Source: Longimicrobiales bacterium
GTDB lineage: Bacteria > Gemmatimonadota > Gemmatimonadetes > Longimicrobiales > Gaopeijiaceae
DNA length: 64,000 bases
Assembly (NCBI GenBank): GCA_965219445.1
Contig: CBDCNQ010000005.1
Coordinates: forward strand, 32,001-96,000
Reading direction: 5' to 3'
Part shown: positions 61,987-64,000 of the stretch, one piece after another
How the letters are laid out: each line of letters begins with the position of its first letter
How positions within the stretch are numbered: the stretch's first letter is position 1
Program-made: the position numbers and the translations under genes
Notes under the pieces: generated by a model
What the model was told of the DNA's origin: nothing
Seen by the model: the letters and a program-made list of their open reading frames with translations, nothing else
Database searches by the model: none

Positions 61987-62241
61987 TCACAACTCCGAAT
62001 CGGGGGGCGGGAGTGTGTCGCGGCCGGGCGGGGGTTCGAGAAGATCCTTGTAGAAATCGCGTTCCTCCTCGAGTCGTTCCATACGGGTGCTCAAATCGGC
62101 GATGGTGTCGCGGACGCGGTGGAGTTCCTCGGCGTCCAGTTGGAAGGACTCGCGGGGGAGCGGAGCCCGTCGTCGCACGGCAAAGATCCGGCCGACAGTG
62201 GAAATCAACACCAGAGCGATGATGAACTCGAAAACGCCCAT
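61987..62241 (-). CDS. small membrane-anchored coiled-coil protein
   Basis: N-terminal TM segment, RMERLEEERDFYKDLL. Confidence 0.65.
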   Translation of the reverse strand: MGVFEFIIALVLISTVGRIFAVRRRAPLPRESFQLDAEELHRVRDTIADLSTRMERLEEERDFYKDLLEPPPGRDTLPPPDSEL

Positions 62242-62337
62242 TCCGGGGACCCTCGTGGCGATCCATGGTTACTGCACACGCGGGGTGCCTTCGACCTTTG
62301 CGATGCGCTATCGTCGAAACGCCTGTAAAGTAAGGGA

Positions 62338-62886
62338 ATGGTGGATGACCGTTCGACCGGGGAGCTGATGATTGTGGCCAGATTCGCTTTCGCTGTGTTA
62401 ACCATTGGTGCGTTGATTGCCCCCATCTCTGCGGATGGCCAGTTGGTGGCGGGGGTGTTCGGAGCCCGGGCTCGAGACAGTTTCGGGGGGACCAACGGAT
62501 TCGGGGCCGAGGCGGGCGTGAGCCTGCCGCTGGTTCCGATCGAGGTGTTCGTTGCCGGGACGCTGTTTCGTCCCGAATGCAGCGGATGTGATTTCGAGGG
62601 TTGGTCGGTGGGCGCGAATCTCGGGATCTTCCCCCTTCCGGTGCTGCGGCCCTATCTCACGTTCGGGCGCACGTGGCGTGATCTAGAGGACCGGAGTACT
62701 GCACTGATCTTGGATGACGACGGTTTCTTCACCGGTGCCGGGCTCGAGTTCGCTCTCCCCGGCTTCGGTCTCTTTGCTGAGGGTCGGTATGAGTTCTTGT
62801 CGGAAGATCCGGGCCAGAGCCAGGATGTCAGGCAGTGGACTCTGCGGGCCGGCTTGATGATGCGCTGGGGTGGCGTCCCCCTGTAG
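62338..62886 (+). CDS. small outer-membrane beta-barrel protein
   Basis: Signal peptide, PYL..G, GAGLEF, FAEGRY. Confidence 0.7.
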   Translation: MVDDRSTGELMIVARFAFAVLTIGALIAPISADGQLVAGVFGARARDSFGGTNGFGAEAGVSLPLVPIEVFVAGTLFRPECSGCDFEGWSVGANLGIFPLPVLRPYLTFGRTWRDLEDRSTALILDDDGFFTGAGLEFALPGFGLFAEGRYEFLSEDPGQSQDVRQWTLRAGLMMRWGGVPL

Positions 62887-62908
62887 GCTCTTCGCGGCCT
62901 TGGCTGGA

Positions 62909-63892
62909 TTAGCCGGCCGAGATCGCCTGGACGATCCTGGGTCCGTGAAGCTTGCCGTTTTCTATGAAAATCTTGTTCGCGTTATTGCCCGCCGCCAGGA
63001 CTCCAGCGATGTACATACCGGGCACGTTGGTCTCCATGGTATCAGGGGAATGCGAGGGAATGCCGGTCTCATCATCGATGCTGATACCGAGTCCCGAGAT
63101 GAATCCGCGGTCCGGCCGCCAGCCCGTCATGGCGAGCACCCAATCGTTCGGGATCTCCACCGTCTGCTCCGAGTCCATGTTCTGGAGTATGACGCTGGTG
63201 AGACGGATCTCCTGGACCCGATGGCGCCAAAAGACCTCGATCTCGCCGTTCTCCAACCGGTTTTGGATGTCGGGGACCACCCAGGGCTTCACGCCCCGGT
63301 CGATCTCATCGAAGATGTGGACCATGGTTACCCTGGCACCGGCCCGGTAGGTCTCCAGGGCCGACTCCACCGCGGAGTTTCCGGCTCCTACGACCAGTAC
63401 GTCCTGGTCGTAGAACGGATACGGCTCTTTGTAGTAGTGCTTCACCTTGGGGAGTTCTTCTCCGGGCACGTGGAGATAGTTCGGCTCATGGAATCCCCCC
63501 GTCGCCACCACGACCGCTTTGGCCCGAACCGTGCCCTCCCCTCCCGACTTCGCTCTGGTTTGTAGCAGAAAGTCCCCTCGTTGGCCCTCGATCGACGTGA
63601 CTTCCTCGTATTGCCGAACGTCCAGGTCGTAGTGCTGGACCACCCGCCGGTAGTAACTGAGCGCCTCTCGCCGGCTCGGCTTGCTGTCGGCGATCGTGAA
63701 GGGGACGCCCGCGATTTCCAGCTTCCGCGCCGTACTGAAAAACGTCAGGTAATAAGGGTAATTCACCAAGGAATTGGTGACGCATCCCCTGTCGTAGAGG
63801 ATGGTTCGGAGTCCGGCGGTGGCCGCGGCCGCTCCCACGGCGATCCCGCAGGGTCCGGCTCCGACCACGGCCAGGTCTATCGAGTCGCTCAT
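62909..63892 (-). CDS. ypdA: YpdA-family (bacillithiol disulfide reductase-like) flavoprotein
   Basis: GAGPCG, NSLVNYP...FFST, HYYKEP.P, GAGNSA, FIENG..HG. Confidence 0.88.
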   Translation of the reverse strand: MSDSIDLAVVGAGPCGIAVGAAAATAGLRTILYDRGCVTNSLVNYPYYLTFFSTARKLEIAGVPFTIADSKPSRREALSYYRRVVQHYDLDVRQYEEVTSIEGQRGDFLLQTRAKSGGEGTVRAKAVVVATGGFHEPNYLHVPGEELPKVKHYYKEPYPFYDQDVLVVGAGNSAVESALETYRAGARVTMVHIFDEIDRGVKPWVVPDIQNRLENGEIEVFWRHRVQEIRLTSVILQNMDSEQTVEIPNDWVLAMTGWRPDRGFISGLGISIDDETGIPSHSPDTMETNVPGMYIAGVLAAGNNANKIFIENGKLHGPRIVQAISAG

Positions 63893-64000
63893 TGCAGTCC
63901 ACGTCATGTGCGTTTGGGATCGTCCAAGCTACCGACACGAACCTCTGTCCCCAAGGGCGTGGGTCAGGCATCTTGGACAAGCGCTGTTCGTTCCCCCGAT

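Overview
GC-rich bacterial window with two parts. The core-gene content is suggestive of Gemmatimonadota, which is an inference only. Positions ~1-38.6 kb are a layered accessory island. It holds four tyrosine integrases, one of them split by a 5.7-kb element bounded by a 14-bp direct repeat. It also has a tRNA 3'-end att remnant, four ColE1-bom-like oriT sites with decayed mobC/mobA, and three copies of a conserved structured non-coding element linked to an uncharacterised Rep-like gene family. IS3, IS256 and IS21 elements or ends, TA pairs and a truncated type ISP/IIG R-M enzyme are present. Two intact candidate conflict operons stand out. One is a Ubl - Cys-free E2 - JAB/E1 ubiquitin-like operon whose Ubl ends in Ser rather than Gly, with a divergent sigma-factor pair and a convergent TIR/NDT-like gene. 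The other is a GrpE-like - Hsp70 - AAA+ - J-like operon. Positions ~38.7-64 kb are core-like genes (VWA and AAA pair, DUF5916, mutY, ETF-QO, lon with a VNTR insert, selenocysteine-containing selD, ygfZ-like, skp, FIST/GGDEF-EAL, ypdA), several carrying frameshifts or nonsense codons. No CRISPR array, rRNA or intact tRNA was seen. All family calls come from motif recognition by eye, not database searches.
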